Of a stretch of DNA of 64,000 nt, positions 27,656-37,892 are shown piece by piece. Position numbers and translations under genes: made by a program. The stretch comes from Methanothrix sp. GTDB taxonomy: Archaea > Halobacteriota > Methanosarcinia > Methanotrichales > Methanotrichaceae. Where the stretch lies: positions 2,624,001 to 2,688,000 of the forward strand of contig OY821645.1 of assembly GCA_963682135.1 (NCBI GenBank). Direction: 5' to 3'. The notes under the pieces are model-generated. The model was given only the letters and a program-made list of their open reading frames with translations. It searched no databases and was not told the origin of the DNA. Positions within the stretch are counted from its first letter, which is position 1; each line of letters starts with the position of its first letter.

Positions 27656-30600
27656 TTATCCCTTTTCATATTTTATGGGGTGGAGCTTTCTATTTTTTAT
27701 CAAGACTAATCGATTTTTATTATTCTTATACTCGTATCTCATTTCATCCGTTTGTGACCTCATAAGATTTATGCCCCATCCGCCAACAGGATGATCTTGA
27801 ATATTGCCACCGTGATCTCGCTTAATAAACAGAGTAGGATCAAAGCGAGGGGCTTCATCCTCAAGAGTCACCCTGAAGAATCTGTTCCCGCAGTCAAATG
27901 TGACCCAGATAGGACCTTTTTCTTTTTTATATCCATGGTTGGTTATATTAACATACGCTTCTTCTACTGCCACCTGCAGCTCCAATATTTGTTCTCTATC
28001 AAAGCCCCTTTCAGACATCTTTTTGTCAATATAGCTAACGATCTTGGGCATATTTTCTTTGCCGGAAATCATCTTTGTCCTGCAATGGTCTTTCTGCTGA
28101 CCTATGGCCTTTATTATCATCAAAGTAATGTCATCATGCTGCTCAGTGTTTTGGCTAAACTTAGATATGTCTGCGAGTATATTATTCAAAATTTCTTTCG
28201 TCTCTAGCAGACAATTCTCTTTAATGACTTCCATGAGACGTTCTACTCCATATAGCTCTCCCTGGTTGTTCATAGCCTCTGTAATCCCATCTGTATAAAA
28301 GATAGCCATGTCACCGGAGGAGAATTTGATGCGACTTTCCTTGTATTGCGCGTCGTCAATAATACCCATGACAATTCCCATTGGTGCTTCCTCTTCAATT
28401 GTGCAGCTCGCCGATCTGAAGAGCAAAGGTGGAGGATGACCCGCATTTGCATAATGCAGCGATAAGGTCTCTCCATCCAAGACACCGTAAATTAGGGTTA
28501 CAAACATGCCTGTCGGTGCATCAGAAGCAATCATTTTGTTGGCATTCCTGGCCACCTTTGACACTTTGGACTGATTCGTGGCATTGGCTCGAATTATCGT
28601 CCTGGAGAGCGCCATGAAAATAGCTGCTGGAATGCTTTTACCCGCGACATCGGCAATTACAATACCATATTTTCCATCAGGCTGAACAATAAAATCATAA
28701 AAATCTCCGCCCACCTCCATGGCGGGAATGCTCGTCGCCTCTATCTCGAATTCAGGAATATCGGGTGTCTTTTTAGGAATGAAGCTCTTCTGGATATCTG
28801 CCGCAATATGTAATTCCGTCCTCGTTCTCTCCAATTTTTGCTCCATTTTCCTTCGTTCGGTAATGTCCTTTATGGATTCTATTGCTCCTACTCTTTCGCC
28901 TGCCTCATTGTATAGCGTTGCTGCCTTTGCTAACAGATAAGACCCAGTTGGCCCAAGACTGGGGATAAATATCTCACCTAAAACCGCATTTCCTTCTTTT
29001 TTAAATCTCGCATATTCGTTTTCAAATTGCCTGAATGGTGTTAAGACCATGTCTACCAGAATCGGTCTTCGAAATCCGTAAAAGGGCAGTGCATGCTCGT
29101 AATTGTCTTTGCCCAGCATATCATTCGCTTTGACGCCTGTAAGGCTCTCCATGGCTTTATTCCAGACCATTACCCTGCCGTCCAGATCAATAGCCAGTAT
29201 GGCATCCGGCATGAATTCAATTATTTCGGCCTGCCGTCTTTCCGACTGCTTTAGGGCTTCTTCTGCCATCTTCAGTTCAGTTATGTCCCTGCCAACAGAT
29301 TGAATCTCAATCAGAGATCCTGATTGGCCAAATATGCCATGGCTGGTCCATTGGATCCAACGTCGCCCCTCCGGCCTCATAAATAGGCTAACAAATGATA
29401 TCGTAGAGTTATCAGGCATCAGCTCGCTGACCATGTCTACCGCCGGCTGCAGATCTTCGTTTGGGATCAGACTATCAATTCCATTTCCGACTATCTTATC
29501 CTGGCTATTTGAGAAAAATCTGCAGAAGATCTCATTGCAATAGGTTATTGTTCCGTCAGTCAATGTTCTTAAAATCAAGTCCGATTGCTCTTCAACCACT
29601 GCTTTGTAGCGCTTTTCGCTATTGATGATCTCTTCATGAGCCTGCTCCAAAGCATCGAGCATCCCATTAATGGATGAGGCCAGGCCGGACAGCTCGTCCT
29701 TCCCCTGGATCATAAGGCGGGAGGCCATGTTCTGGCTCTTGCCGATCTTGGCAACTCCTGTGGTAAGGACACTCAGCCTGGATAGAACGAAACGATCCAG
29801 GAAAAGTAAAGTAAGCATGAATAGAAAAATGTCTGCCAGAGTGAATAAGATTGCAAAACTGCGCAGGCTCTTCAAACCTTGCATATAGATCGCACGTGTT
29901 GAATCTATTCTCAGTATCAATAGCGGATTACTGTATATATTGGTCAAGAGGGCATATCCTGCAATAGAGTCATTATCTAAATTCCTGACCAGCACTGAAT
30001 CATTACCTGGCAAAGAGAGTTTAGCCTCCTTGAAGTCTGGAGGCATCTTATCATCATTCAATGACTTAATTGTTATATGCAATTGAGTGGTCTTGGATAA
30101 CCTGGCAATCTCTTTATTGGTCAGAAAGCGCCCCAATACCACCCTGCCTGCAGAGGAACCGTCTCCTTTTCTCATGATTACGGGATTGGTGACTACAAGC
30201 ATGGGCTGATTGGAAATTTGAATAATCCCGGAATACTTGCTCTGTTTATCCAGGCACCCCGGACAAAATCCATAAAAGGATAATTGATCTGACAGGTCGG
30301 AGGGGATCTCCATGCGGCTTGCATTTTCGTCCAGGTATCTGATGAATGCCATTTGCCCAAAAGAATCCATGAAGAGCAGCAAGTTGATTCCCATATTGCT
30401 CAAGCTCTCATCTGCGAGTTCCTCTTGATAATTCTCAACGAATGATAGGTCATGTGCTTTAAGGAATGCAACAGTATCATTTCTGGTTGCCCAATGATCT
30501 GCCAGCCCATCCATGCTATCCAGATCATTTGATATAGCGTTTAAGGCTCTTTCAACGTCCTTATGCATCACTTCTTCTTCCAGCTTCGAAAAACCCAGAA

Positions 30601-30691
30601 ACAACTCCATTTGGGCAGTGATGTACAGGATCAGAACCACGAGGATGAGGAATACTCCCATGACAATTAGTGTCTTCTCGCGCAGATTCAT
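27656..30691 (-). CDS. Membrane sensor: CHASE4-HAMP-PAS-PAS-PP2C(SpoIIE)-RsbW-like HATPase
   Basis: 2 TM; KDELSGLASSINGML (HAMP); PAS/PAC RDITE; VGGDFYD, ADVAGK, YTDGITEA, HDDIT; EEAYVNITNHGY...GGWGI.LM. Confidence 0.9.
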   Translation of the reverse strand: MNLREKTLIVMGVFLILVVLILYITAQMELFLGFSKLEEEVMHKDVERALNAISNDLDSMDGLADHWATRNDTVAFLKAHDLSFVENYQEELADESLSNMGINLLLFMDSFGQMAFIRYLDENASRMEIPSDLSDQLSFYGFCPGCLDKQSKYSGIIQISNQPMLVVTNPVIMRKGDGSSAGRVVLGRFLTNKEIARLSKTTQLHITIKSLNDDKMPPDFKEAKLSLPGNDSVLVRNLDNDSIAGYALLTNIYSNPLLILRIDSTRAIYMQGLKSLRSFAILFTLADIFLFMLTLLFLDRFVLSRLSVLTTGVAKIGKSQNMASRLMIQGKDELSGLASSINGMLDALEQAHEEIINSEKRYKAVVEEQSDLILRTLTDGTITYCNEIFCRFFSNSQDKIVGNGIDSLIPNEDLQPAVDMVSELMPDNSTISFVSLFMRPEGRRWIQWTSHGIFGQSGSLIEIQSVGRDITELKMAEEALKQSERRQAEIIEFMPDAILAIDLDGRVMVWNKAMESLTGVKANDMLGKDNYEHALPFYGFRRPILVDMVLTPFRQFENEYARFKKEGNAVLGEIFIPSLGPTGSYLLAKAATLYNEAGERVGAIESIKDITERRKMEQKLERTRTELHIAADIQKSFIPKKTPDIPEFEIEATSIPAMEVGGDFYDFIVQPDGKYGIVIADVAGKSIPAAIFMALSRTIIRANATNQSKVSKVARNANKMIASDAPTGMFVTLIYGVLDGETLSLHYANAGHPPPLLFRSASCTIEEEAPMGIVMGIIDDAQYKESRIKFSSGDMAIFYTDGITEAMNNQGELYGVERLMEVIKENCLLETKEILNNILADISKFSQNTEQHDDITLMIIKAIGQQKDHCRTKMISGKENMPKIVSYIDKKMSERGFDREQILELQVAVEEAYVNITNHGYKKEKGPIWVTFDCGNRFFRVTLEDEAPRFDPTLFIKRDHGGNIQDHPVGGWGINLMRSQTDEMRYEYKNNKNRLVLIKNRKLHPIKYEKG

Positions 30692-30890
30692 ATCCCTTTT
30701 TCCTCCCGGATGAATGCCAAATCCAGAAATTTAAGCGCTGGCCAATTGATATGGATCAAAGAAGCTAATGCAATGATCCATCGGACGCAAAGTCCATACC
30801 AGACTATTGCACTTCTGCCTATTTTAACGTAATTGTTAAATATGTAATATATCCATTATATATTTTACTTCTCGTAGCACGTAGCACCTG

Positions 30891-32633
30891 ATGATTATTA
30901 TGATCTCCCCCAATACTATACAACCTATTCCCGGAACCAAGGGCATGAAGTTCTATCCTTACATTCGAAAGATAGACCTCATGTCCTCCAATTCGTTCAT
31001 ACTATCAGGCGAAGATCAAATCGCACTAATAGATCCCGGTGCCCTGGAAGACCAGCTCGACTGCCTTGCAGAGATCGTTGCGATTATGCTCAGTGAGAAG
31101 CCTAGGCCGGTGATCGTATATCTGACCCATGCTCATTTGGACCATTGTTTTCAATTAAATCGTCTCAGAAGGATCAAAAATCTGGGCAACATTGCAGTGG
31201 CGGCTCAGGAGATTGGAGCAGATGCTCTGATAAGGCAGGACGCAGAATTGACTCTGGCAGGCCTTCTCGGGAAAGAAATGGCTCCCATTACCGTCGATAT
31301 CAAACTGCTTTCCAGAATGGATCTTCTTATTGGCGGAGCGCTCGAGATTGAATTAAATGGGTGGAAGTTCTCCTATTATGTAGACTCCATCAAAATACGT
31401 TATGGTCCTGTACTGCAAAGCCAAACAATCTCAATGGGCAATGGGAACTTGCTTGAGATATACTCCATCCCCGGTCACAGCCCGGACAGCCTATGCCTGA
31501 GGGTTGGGGGTCTGCTTTTTACCGGAGATCTTTTCTTCGCCCCTAATCCGGGAATGGCAGGAGCATACGGCTGGAATCAGTCTGCCTTAATAAAATCAAT
31601 TTATAAAATCATGTGGATCCTTGAAAAAAGGAATATCAGCTATTGCTGCTCCGGACATGGCCGAATTGTCGATGTCGATACGGCATGGAATACTCTGCGA
31701 TCCATGTATCAGGATGCACTTTCCCTCTCCGGCCTGGAGGAAATCACCCAGCATTGGGCCAGGAATACTGCAATTTATGCCGAAGATTTGATGAGAGAGC
31801 TGGAGAGGCTTTTTACTATAATAATTGGCAGATTGGCTTATGTCTCCCAAGTGCTCGAATGGCTGGAAGAAAGTGGGGATGCAGATGACATGCATAAACT
31901 CATTAATGTAACTAAAATTGATGAGCTTTTCTTTGAATTCAACTGCTTTGTGGAGGAATTGCATATGGGCAAGAAGCTTGATTGGGATTTGGTGCACAAA
32001 GCAGGGCAGATCATAAAAAAGTTGGATCAGGTTTTTGAGAGCAAAGAGATCGGATCGTTTCTGGACAGCTCTCTTCTGAGAAGAGCTAACAGAATGCTAA
32101 ATGACTATACAGTCACCTATCGTGGGTTTAAGCCTACTTATTATGCAGACGATGTGGACCTAAATGCAATTATAAAAGCGGTCCTGGATTTTTCACTATC
32201 TCGGCCTTATGAGGATGATGCTATCTTATGTGCAGGTTCATATGAAGACTACCTCCGGGCTCTCAGGGCGAGGATAGCTTATGTCAATTTGCTGGAGAGA
32301 CTGACTCTGAAGTTCAAAGCTGACAAAAACTTGCCCTTAGTGCGCATGGATAAAGAGCGTTTCCGTGACGCTTTGATCGACTTATTGGAGCGGCTTGCAA
32401 GTGCTGTAGCAACAGAGATACAAATAATTACTTCCAGCAATCTGGGCTGGGTCTCTGTATGTATAGCTGTCCCGAGAACTGATAGAGATTATCCTCTGGA
32501 TGAACAAACCTGGAGATTCTTCGAAAGATCATTTGCCCTTTGTGGCGGGGTTATTCAGAGATATAAGACCTGCGAGGGCTCTGCAATGCAGATTGAATTC
32601 TTGCCATGTGAGTCATTTCTCCTTATGTGCTGA
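30891..32633 (+). CDS. MBL-fold hydrolase with C-terminal degenerate HATPase-like region
   Basis: THAHLDH, PGHSPDS, GDLFF, SGHG; C-terminal VDLN.II...LP.V.MD.ERF...L.DLL. Confidence 0.72.
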   Translation: MIIMISPNTIQPIPGTKGMKFYPYIRKIDLMSSNSFILSGEDQIALIDPGALEDQLDCLAEIVAIMLSEKPRPVIVYLTHAHLDHCFQLNRLRRIKNLGNIAVAAQEIGADALIRQDAELTLAGLLGKEMAPITVDIKLLSRMDLLIGGALEIELNGWKFSYYVDSIKIRYGPVLQSQTISMGNGNLLEIYSIPGHSPDSLCLRVGGLLFTGDLFFAPNPGMAGAYGWNQSALIKSIYKIMWILEKRNISYCCSGHGRIVDVDTAWNTLRSMYQDALSLSGLEEITQHWARNTAIYAEDLMRELERLFTIIIGRLAYVSQVLEWLEESGDADDMHKLINVTKIDELFFEFNCFVEELHMGKKLDWDLVHKAGQIIKKLDQVFESKEIGSFLDSSLLRRANRMLNDYTVTYRGFKPTYYADDVDLNAIIKAVLDFSLSRPYEDDAILCAGSYEDYLRALRARIAYVNLLERLTLKFKADKNLPLVRMDKERFRDALIDLLERLASAVATEIQIITSSNLGWVSVCIAVPRTDRDYPLDEQTWRFFERSFALCGGVIQRYKTCEGSAMQIEFLPCESFLLMC

Positions 32634-32700
32634 GCCAGGACACACACCAAAAGGTTATTACCAATGAACGAGTAATAGTAACGTATAAAGGTGATGATTT

Positions 32701-33711
32701 TTGAAAACTATTACTCCAATTATTCTCATCGCTATGCTCGTCGTGGTTGTGCTTTTTTCCCTTGGATGCATTTCGTCTCCAGAGAATAAGACGGAAATGG
32801 TCACCATTCTTCGCATAGGTTACCAGCCGACAACTCATCATGTGGCAGAAATGATCGCGCAGGTGAAGGGTTGGTGGCAGAAAGATCTATTGCCGTTTGG
32901 GATCACAAATGTAAAGGAATTTGGATATCCATCTGGCGGTTCTGAGCTTGAGGCTATGAAGGCCGGAGACATAGACATGGCCTATATCTGTACTGCACCA
33001 TTTATTCGTCCTGTTTCCACAGGTCTGGATGCGAAAATTGTGGTTGCTGTAAATACCAATGGCTCAACCCTCATATTGAGGCCCGATTTTAATTATGATG
33101 GGCCCCAATCTCTACGAGGATCACATATCGGGACCTTCCCGGCAGGCACGGCCCAGGATACTCTGCTGAAGGTATGGCTGGAAAATAATGGGGTAGGCAC
33201 CTCTGAGGTCAATATCACATACATGGGGCCGGGCGATGCTGTAAGCGCCATGCTTGCCGGAAAAGTAGATGGGGTATTCCTCCCGGAACCAGGTCCTGCT
33301 ATGATTGAGTTGGAGAAAAAGGGCAAGTCCCGGGTGTACTCAGGCGAGATGAAACCCAATCATGCATGTTGTGCCATAATCGTCAGCGGCAAGCTGATTA
33401 GAGAGGAACCGGAGCTGGTAGAACAGATAATTCGTACCCATATGAACGCCACGGATTATGCCAATGCCCATCCCATGGAAGCTGCAGAGATTTACTCTAA
33501 TCGCACGGGACAGGATCTGGAGATGATCAAATACTCCATAAAAACCTGGGATGGTAAATGGATGAGTGACCCGCATCTACTTGTCAACGACACACTGGAA
33601 TATGCAAAAGCCCAATATGCGATGAATTATATACAGAAGATGATGGGCCAAAGTGACCTATTCGATAACAGCCTCTACGATAGTGTGATGCAATCCGAGA
33701 GAAGGGCATAG
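32701..33711 (+). CDS. SsuA/NMT1-type ABC substrate-binding lipoprotein
   Basis: Lipobox SLGC; RIGYQPTTH, G.VDG.F.PEP; no permease nearby. Confidence 0.85.
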   Translation: MKTITPIILIAMLVVVVLFSLGCISSPENKTEMVTILRIGYQPTTHHVAEMIAQVKGWWQKDLLPFGITNVKEFGYPSGGSELEAMKAGDIDMAYICTAPFIRPVSTGLDAKIVVAVNTNGSTLILRPDFNYDGPQSLRGSHIGTFPAGTAQDTLLKVWLENNGVGTSEVNITYMGPGDAVSAMLAGKVDGVFLPEPGPAMIELEKKGKSRVYSGEMKPNHACCAIIVSGKLIREEPELVEQIIRTHMNATDYANAHPMEAAEIYSNRTGQDLEMIKYSIKTWDGKWMSDPHLLVNDTLEYAKAQYAMNYIQKMMGQSDLFDNSLYDSVMQSERRA

Positions 33712-33897
33712 ATCCACAATTTCACTCGCAAAATGTTGCGAAGATTCGAGGCAGCAGCAAATATCTGCGATGAGAGCCGCAAAAATATCTTGCTGTCTCC
33801 TTATTTGCTTCTTTTTGAATAAATTACAAAATACGAATGAAAAATAGAATAATATTTATTCAGATTGCAGTCGATTCTAATTCATGTCTTCTGAGAG

Positions 33898-34338
33898 CTA
33901 CGGATGGAGATTCTGCTTGCCTTTGGAGTGTGTCCCTTCGTGTGCATGGAATTTCTTGGTCGGATCAGTACCTGTTGCCGGGTCCACTTCCATCTTGGTA
34001 TTAATTGTTTCGATGATATTTTTTGCATAGGGACAGATATACTCGCCTGCGTTGTTCTTTCTCGTAATGCAAATGCCTATGAACACATGGGTCGGTAGGT
34101 CTCCCATGGGTGGTTGATTCCAAAATTTGAATTCATTAAGCCTTGGTACCATAGCGATGCCAGGGCAACCTCCGCAATCAAGCAATCCGACGAGTTCGGC
34201 ATTCGGGCCTAGACCCGCAAACTCATCACTTCTGTCATTGAATGCTTTTAAACAACGACTGCATGCTACGCATTTATCTATCATGTCGATTTTGCATCCA
34301 ACAATGAGAACTTTCTCCTTGCTTGTTCCTTTGTCCAT
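33898..34338 (-). CDS. CGGC-domain protein
   Basis: IVGC...C.AC..C, CGGCPG, C...CP, GTH. Confidence 0.85.
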   Translation of the reverse strand: MDKGTSKEKVLIVGCKIDMIDKCVACSRCLKAFNDRSDEFAGLGPNAELVGLLDCGGCPGIAMVPRLNEFKFWNQPPMGDLPTHVFIGICITRKNNAGEYICPYAKNIIETINTKMEVDPATGTDPTKKFHAHEGTHSKGKQNLHP

Positions 34339-34540
34339 AATCTCACTCCAATTTTTTTTTGAAACATAATACTACTATTCTAACTATTTAAATGTTATGT
34401 TTCAAATTTTTTTAGAATGTTTTGGCATGGCCGAAAGGAATGCGGCCAATGTGGAATAAGATAATGGAATATCGCTATGAAGCTTAAGAAAATGCATTCA
34501 TTGGAAAGTCAGTCTCTATATAAGTCCAACATTCGGGACC

Positions 34541-34867
34541 CTACAGGTATATGTTTTCAGGAATATATCCACAATATCTATGCCACTTATACCAATATTC
34601 AGGATTTATATTTTTAAAATTATTGATATATGAATATCTTGGTGGCATATAGCGCCACAAGTCAAATATCCGGTATTCAGAGCTCCAATAGTTATCGTAG
34701 GTTCCCTGATTGGGATCGAAACAGGAACCCAAAACAATAGCACCTGTTTCATGAGGATTCAGGTTGCCGATAAGGCCATGGCCGATACGAATCGGCCCAG
34801 GATTTGCGACACCTTGCCCGATCAGCAGAACAAGGCAGAAGCATATGGCTGCAATATATCTTTTCAT
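34541..34867 (-). CDS. Small secreted hypothetical protein (Tyr/Trp-rich)
   Basis: Signal peptide, GAGG upstream. Confidence 0.55.
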   Translation of the reverse strand: MKRYIAAICFCLVLLIGQGVANPGPIRIGHGLIGNLNPHETGAIVLGSCFDPNQGTYDNYWSSEYRIFDLWRYMPPRYSYINNFKNINPEYWYKWHRYCGYIPENIYL

Positions 34868-34996
34868 TGCGTATCCTCTTAGAATTTTGGGTATTTTGAA
34901 TCTACGGGAATAAATAACTTAGTCTTAACCTGGGTATATGTATCTACTATAGATTTTACTTCTTTATTGCACAGGCAGAAGGAAATGGTCAAGCAT

Positions 34997-35443
34997 TCAT
35001 CTCTCCTCCAGCCCTTCCACCAGCACCTCCCCTTCTTCCGTCACAAAGATTCTGGCATCTTTTTCCAGCGCCCTTTTCTTAAAGAGCCGGGGAGCTTTTC
35101 GTCGCAGTTGCACCACGATATCCAGAGATGTGATGGGCAGACGCATATGTTTTTCGTCCGCTGCGGCAAATATCATCTTGGGCAGCTCGAAGACATCCGT
35201 TCCCTCCTTCGCCTGCAAGGATATGGGAGCGCGCAGCATCATCCATTGCTGCAATGTTCGCTCCGCTCGGGCGATGTTCTGATGGGCTCTCTTCTCCAGT
35301 ATGCTGATGTTGGAGCGAGTGGTGCCCAAGCTGTCGGCTACCTCCTGTTGGGACTGGCCGGAAAGCCGCATCTGCAGCACCATGATCTGTCTTTTTGTAA
35401 GAAACGAATCCAGGGATTCTTCGTCAATTGATTCGGGCATCAT
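34997..35443 (-). CDS. tfx: Tfx-family DNA-binding protein
   Basis: FLT.RQ..VL.MR..G.SQ.EVA..LGTTRSNIS.LEKRA. Confidence 0.88.
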   Translation of the reverse strand: MMPESIDEESLDSFLTKRQIMVLQMRLSGQSQQEVADSLGTTRSNISILEKRAHQNIARAERTLQQWMMLRAPISLQAKEGTDVFELPKMIFAAADEKHMRLPITSLDIVVQLRRKAPRLFKKRALEKDARIFVTEEGEVLVEGLEER

Positions 35444-35512
35444 TTAGTCGCAAGGTAAAAATGGTCTTACAAGATGATAAAAGCATCCTTCCGGCAGTCA
35501 CCATTCTACCTG

Positions 35513-36211
35513 TCACCAGGGCATGGTTATCTCTTCGCTTCTGCCCAGAGCCGCCAGCCTGCCGGCTTGTAGCAAGGCTACCCTGTCGGCCAGCTTGCGA
35601 CATTGCTCCATGTTATGGGTAGCTATAATTACCGCCGTCCTGCTCCCGGCCAGACTGTGCAAGAGGCTGTCGATGGATGCGGCGCTCCTGGGGTCCAGAT
35701 TGGCGGTCGGCTCGTCGAGCAGGAGAAGCTCCGGCTGGAGGATTAGAGCTCTGGCCAGGGCAATTCTCTGCATCTCACCTCCTGATAGGGTATTGGCATC
35801 GCGTCTCTCATGGCCCGACAATCCGACCATTGCCAGAGCTTCTTTTACCCTGGCACTCATACTTATTTTTCCATCTCTTCCTTGACTGCCTCGCATCCTC
35901 AAGCCGTAGGAGACATTCTCCTCCACGCCGGCCTTGAACATAACCGGCTTTTGAAAGACCATGGCCATCTTGCGCCGTACGGCAAGGCCCTCTTTCTCCG
36001 GCCTTCCCGAGACTTCTTTGCCGTCAAAGAGGATGCAACCCGCGGAGGGTTCATCGAGGAGATTAATAAGGCGCAGCAGTGTCGTTTTTCCCGAACCGGT
36101 GGGGCCGATCAGTCCCAGGATCTCGCCCCGCTCCACTGTCAGGTTGATTTCGTGGAGAATCTCTGTTGAGCCGATGCTTTTACTTAGAGAGCGTACCTCC
36201 AGGAAAGCCAT
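35513..36211 (-). CDS. tupC: Tungstate ABC transporter ATPase
   Basis: GPTGSGKT, LSGGE, DEPTANLD; in operon with tupAB. Confidence 0.82.
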   Translation of the reverse strand: MAFLEVRSLSKSIGSTEILHEINLTVERGEILGLIGPTGSGKTTLLRLINLLDEPSAGCILFDGKEVSGRPEKEGLAVRRKMAMVFQKPVMFKAGVEENVSYGLRMRGSQGRDGKISMSARVKEALAMVGLSGHERRDANTLSGGEMQRIALARALILQPELLLLDEPTANLDPRSAASIDSLLHSLAGSRTAVIIATHNMEQCRKLADRVALLQAGRLAALGRSEEITMPW

Positions 36212-36213
36212 TC

Positions 36214-36900
36214 TTATTTCCCCTGAAATCTATTGAGCAAGAGGTTGATCGCCAGAGAGATGGATATGAGGATAATTCCCAGAGCCATGGAAAGCTCCAG
36301 ATTGCCCATAGAGGTCTCTAAGGCTATGGAAGTGGTTAGAACACGAGTATAGCCCCGGATATTCCCGCCGATCATCATAGCCACGCCTACTTCGGAGAGT
36401 GCCCGGCCAAATCCCAGGAGCACTGCCGCAATAACCGCCACTCGTGCTTCTTTTATAACAGTTATTATTATCTGTATCTCCGTCGCGCCTAGCGATTTAG
36501 CTGTATCCCTGATCTGGGGACCGACGCCCGCCAGCGCAGTGATGGTCAGCCCAATCATGATGGGGCAGACGAGAATGGCCTGGCCGAGAATCATGCCGCT
36601 CGGGCTGAAAAGCAGATTGAGAGAACCTAATGGCCCCGAGCGGGAGATTAGCAAAAAGACCAGCAGGCCAACGGTCACCGTCGGCAGGCTGTAGAAAGTC
36701 TGAATTAGATTTATCAGCGCTCTTTTGCCCCAAAACGCTCGAAACTGGATGATGCCGCCCAGAGGAATGCAGATGATACCTGCCAGGGCGGCGGAAGAGA
36801 GCGAGATAAATATGGACCTTATGGTGATCTCGACCACCTGGGGGTCTCTCGCTGCAATTAATTCAAGGGCCTGCAAGAGGCCTCTGTAGATCTCTTCCAA
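36214..36900 (-). CDS. tupB: Tungstate ABC transporter permease
   Basis: LP.V.VGL, FGRA.SEVG..MM.GGNI.G.TRVLTT. Confidence 0.88.
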   Translation of the reverse strand: MEEIYRGLLQALELIAARDPQVVEITIRSIFISLSSAALAGIICIPLGGIIQFRAFWGKRALINLIQTFYSLPTVTVGLLVFLLISRSGPLGSLNLLFSPSGMILGQAILVCPIMIGLTITALAGVGPQIRDTAKSLGATEIQIIITVIKEARVAVIAAVLLGFGRALSEVGVAMMIGGNIRGYTRVLTTSIALETSMGNLELSMALGIILISISLAINLLLNRFQGK

Positions 36901-36917
36901 CCCTCTTCACCCTAGCT

Positions 36918-37838
36918 TTATGCAGCAGCGCAGGAGGCGCTGGTGGGAACAGCGCACTCAGCGGCTGCGCAGCCGATCAGATCGCAGTTTCCTCTGGCCG
37001 CCGAGAAGAGTGGCTTGCCGAATTTCTCTGTGCCATAGGATGCAATCAGGTCCTGCCCTTCATCTGAGACCAGATAGTTGATGAATTCATTGGCCAACTC
37101 ACAGTTTACTCCCGAATGTTTCTTGGGATTTACGGCCATGGCCACATAGACATTGAGCAGGTCGCTTCCGCCTTCAATTAATGGGACCAGCGTCAAATTT
37201 CCCTGATATGCCATGAAAGTGGACATATCCGAGAGCGTGTAGGCCTGTTTTTCATTGGCCATATTTAGGGTTGCGCCCATACCCTGTCCGGCCTCAATGT
37301 ACCAGGGACCGGAAGAGTTTACGGCAGAGTAATTGTAGCCGGCCTTCTTCCAGAGCAGCTTCTCGCGAGCATGGGTGCCGGAGTTGTCGCCCCGAGAGAC
37401 AAACATTACCTTGGAGGGGTCGGCTAAGCCTTTCTCCTTGATGACGGCAAGAGCCTCAGAAGCGTTGATTCCCTTGATACCTGCCGGATCATCCTTCGGT
37501 CCGACCAGGAAGAAGTAGTTGTAGGCAATGCATCTTCTCTCCAGGCCCTGTTCGTCCTTGATAAATTTCAGTTCTCGTTCCTTGTCATGGACGATAAGGA
37601 CATCCACGTCGCCTCTCTCTCCATACTGGATGGCAATGCCGGTTCCGCCGGAGACCACGTCCAATGAAACATTATACTTCTCATCAAACTTGTCCTTGAT
37701 CACATCCAAGAGACCGGTATCCTGCAGGCTGGTAGTAGTAGCCAGCCTCAGCCTCTCTCCTTCGGCTGCCCCGATAGCGCTGCATAAAACGGATAGCGCC
37801 ATCAGCACAAGAGTCATTCTTAATAACTTTTCATCCAT
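36918..37838 (-). CDS. tupA: Tungstate ABC transporter substrate-binding protein
   Basis: LATTTSL.D.GLL, FVSRGDNSGTH, G.GMGATL, YTLSD. Confidence 0.88.
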   Translation of the reverse strand: MDEKLLRMTLVLMALSVLCSAIGAAEGERLRLATTTSLQDTGLLDVIKDKFDEKYNVSLDVVSGGTGIAIQYGERGDVDVLIVHDKERELKFIKDEQGLERRCIAYNYFFLVGPKDDPAGIKGINASEALAVIKEKGLADPSKVMFVSRGDNSGTHAREKLLWKKAGYNYSAVNSSGPWYIEAGQGMGATLNMANEKQAYTLSDMSTFMAYQGNLTLVPLIEGGSDLLNVYVAMAVNPKKHSGVNCELANEFINYLVSDEGQDLIASYGTEKFGKPLFSAARGNCDLIGCAAAECAVPTSASCAAA

Positions 37839-37892
37839 TTCAATCCCTGATGAAAGGCATGTTGCTTACAATAAATAGGTTATGTCAGCTAA

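Noticed and set aside
30783-30795. GGACGCAAAG, reminiscent of the c-di-GMP-I riboswitch core
   Set aside because: Lacks the upstream GCAAAC and GNRA-capped stem and the downstream tetraloop-receptor stem
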